A stretch of 64,000 bases of DNA from the NCBI RefSeq assembly GCF_006345805.1, contig NC_042998.1:4092001-4156000 (forward strand). The letters run 5' to 3'. The first letter of the stretch is position 1. Each line of letters starts with the position of its first letter. The notes under the pieces were generated by a model. That model saw nothing but the letters and a program-made list of their open reading frames with translations. It ran no database searches and was not told the DNA's origin. This document shows, piece after piece, positions 61,925 to 64,000 of the stretch. The position numbers and the translations under genes are program-made. The DNA comes from Octopus sinensis (lineage: Eukaryota).

Positions 61925-63365
61925 TAGAATCCCCAGTAGTGGGGCATTCCACTTAGTCTAATCCGGGGTAAACCCCACACAAAAATCCCGGATTACTCTG
62001 CCATCGCCAAGGCATTGGAAAGTGCCCTCTTCAAGTATCTTTCCTGCTGCTTAGGAAAGCATTTTGAGAGTAGATCCATTTAGTCTCACCAGTATTGCAA
62101 TGTCGACTACCATTCGATAAACACACTACAAAGCAGTACCTCCCTCTCTACCCTTGTCTTCCTCTTCAAATAATATTTGAAGAAATTGATAAGAGCTTGA
62201 GCATATAGGAATGTGCCTACCTTCAAACCTTTTAGACGGGTCCACCATACAACCTGTTTTGCGACAGCCACTAGGCAGAGAAAGATCTGCCTTCCTTCGC
62301 TGATAAGGGAAGGTGGTGCGTCGATCTTCACTATACACTCGGCAGAGAGCTAAATTCGTCTTACACGTGACAACAGCTGCTCCATACCATCCCACTTCTC
62401 TCTAATGCACGGACACTGAATTGTTGCATCCAGGACGGTTTGGTCCCTTTGCAAGCATCTCGGACAGGTTCGGCTGTTGGCTATTCCATGCCTGAAGAGC
62501 TTGTCTCGAACCAGCAATGCACCTCTATAGCAATGCCAAGCCAAAGACTTTTGGAAATTGTCCATGATCTTCGACACGAAAGTTTTCTGGAAGAGACTAC
62601 TCAGATTGTTCTCGTCGATGTCTAGATTCAATCCTAGATCATCTTCACTCATACCCTCAACTAGCCCCCTAGAGAGATCTTGGGTTATTTTCCCGCTAAC
62701 GGTTTTAGACAGCTGGTACAATGCACTGAGCGCCTGGCAACTTTCTAGATGCCAAACGCCCAATCTTGGTCTACGTTGGACCCATGACTGCAGCTCTGTC
62801 AATGAGATGAACTGCGGGAGGACGTGTCGCACGAATGACGCCCACACCAGTTCACCCTATTATCATCGTCATTCACATCATCGCATTGATTTAGATATTT
62901 CTGTAGATGCTACAGCCTCAAATCCTGGCGTCGTATTATTAACGATGGCACCCCAAGAGCACCACAGAGTGGGTATTGACAGCAGGTGATTTTTCTGAGC
63001 AGCGGAACCTGATCCTTCCATAAAAATCGGAAAAGCAAGAGCTTCAATCTTGTCAGAGTTTTCTTAGGGTAAGGTACAACAGCTAAACGGTAGTACACTA
63101 CCGAGGTGATGTATGCATTCGCTTCTTCCGCCCGGCCTTTCAACGACCACTCCCTTTCTTCCCATTTCTGGGTGAGCTTAGCCACCCTAGTCATGACCTC
63201 TTCCCAGTTCATATCTACCTGGAGATCTGGTCCGAAACAGACTGCGAGCGCTTTCACCGGACCCTCCGACTAGCGACAAAAATAGCTGCTAGTCGACTTA
63301 TGTCTCCAAGAGCCTAGTTACAGACCTACTGACTTGTTTTGGTTTATGAGTGCTCCTGTGCATTC
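61925..63365 (-). mobile_element. L1/Tx1-clade LINE ORF2, 3' part (end of RT, zf-RVT-like region, 3' UTR)
   Basis: GALINQNKSVG, CFGPDLQVDMNWEEV, WSLKGRAEEAN..SVVYYRL, FRFLW, GALGVP, LAWHCYRGALLVRDKL..TCPRC. Hairpin-rich UTR, then a (TTTA)n tail on the sense strand. Confidence 0.88.
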
Positions 63366-63374
63366 CTGTGCATT

Positions 63375-63587
63375 TTCACTAAAGGCACAAGGTCTGAAAT
63401 GTTGGGGGAGGGGGTAAGTCGATTACATGGATCCCACTACTCAACTGGTGCTTAATTCAACGGCCCCAAAAGGATAAAAAGTAAAGTCGACCTCGGTAAA
63501 ATTTGAACTCAGAACGTAAAGATGGACAGGGGTGCAGTTAAGCATTTTGCCCAGCGTGCTAACGATTCTCCCAGCTCGCCGCCTTAA
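63375..63587 (-). mobile_element. SINE family B2
   Basis: ggcacaaggtctgaaatg...gtcgacctcggtaaaatttgaactcag...ccagctcgccgcctt. Confidence 0.85.
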
Positions 63588-63689
63588 TAACAATAATAAT
63601 AATATGAAGAAGCGGAAAGAAAAGAAAGGAGAGGAAGAAGAAACTCAAGATGTATTTTTATACCATGAATAATAAAGATAATTATAAAA

Positions 63690-63910
63690 ATATTAGATAT
63701 AGAAATAAAGATAAGACCATAAACAGACTTGTAAATATTTGTGAATTAATGAACTAGACAGTATACATAACACACACGTGAAAGAATAGGTTAAGAAAGA
63801 ACATTATAAAAGCATTAGATTAATACTTACAATAGAAATAAATGCCAAAGATAAGGCAACATTTATCAATACTGTAGTTGTTCCAGAAATAAGGTATACC
63901 TAAATGAATT
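63690..63910 (+). mobile_element. RLE LINE internal relic
   Basis: Decayed YKYLGINELD..KEHY..RLIL..EINAKDK..INTVVVP, similar to 58410-58570. Confidence 0.55.
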
Positions 63911-64000
63911 AGCAAATTAGACGGATACACACATACATACACATACATACACATACACACACAAACAAAGAGATAAAAACACAAGTAAATGACTGTATTT

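Noticed and set aside
61938-61954. ~16-nt match (agtggggcattccactt) to the ORF1-unit 3' motif at 32149-32164
   Set aside because: Opposite orientation relative to the two elements, and short enough to occur by chance in 64 kb.

Overview
Eukaryotic, AT-rich window made almost entirely of repeats. It is most likely intronic or intergenic DNA from an octopus (coleoid cephalopod), inferred from the tRNA-derived SINE families and the very high microsatellite density. No host protein-coding exon, rRNA, true tRNA or CRISPR array could be supported, and most ORF-track entries are microsatellite artefacts or retroelement fragments. Main contents: (1) at least 10 pieces of restriction-like-endonuclease (RLE) non-LTR retrotransposons of the R4/Dong type from several families, whose intact 3' ends nearly all abut (AAT)n tracts on the same strand, including a near-full-length 3.9-kb copy (12388-16301) and head-to-tail stacks at 3.6-5.4 kb and 57.8-61.7 kb; (2) a ~555-bp non-coding element with the same (AAT)n preference; (3) a head-to-tail array (30969-35320) of diverged ~1.8-kb units that encode only an L1/Tx1-like ORF1 (RRM-like regions plus a CCHC knuckle) and no RT, the most unusual system here; (4) two minimal hammerhead-ribozyme motifs in Penelope-like short repeats; (5) three fold-back elements embedded in (TA)n, one a 493-bp tandem unit with a 425-bp inverted arm; (6) Helitron RepHel relics and non-autonomous Helitrons, two mariner transposase relics, two TA-flanked MITEs, CR1-like and Tx1-like ORF2 fragments, and about 25 SINE copies of three modular families. 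Coordinates were read by eye and may be off by a few bases; identity estimates are visual, not computed.
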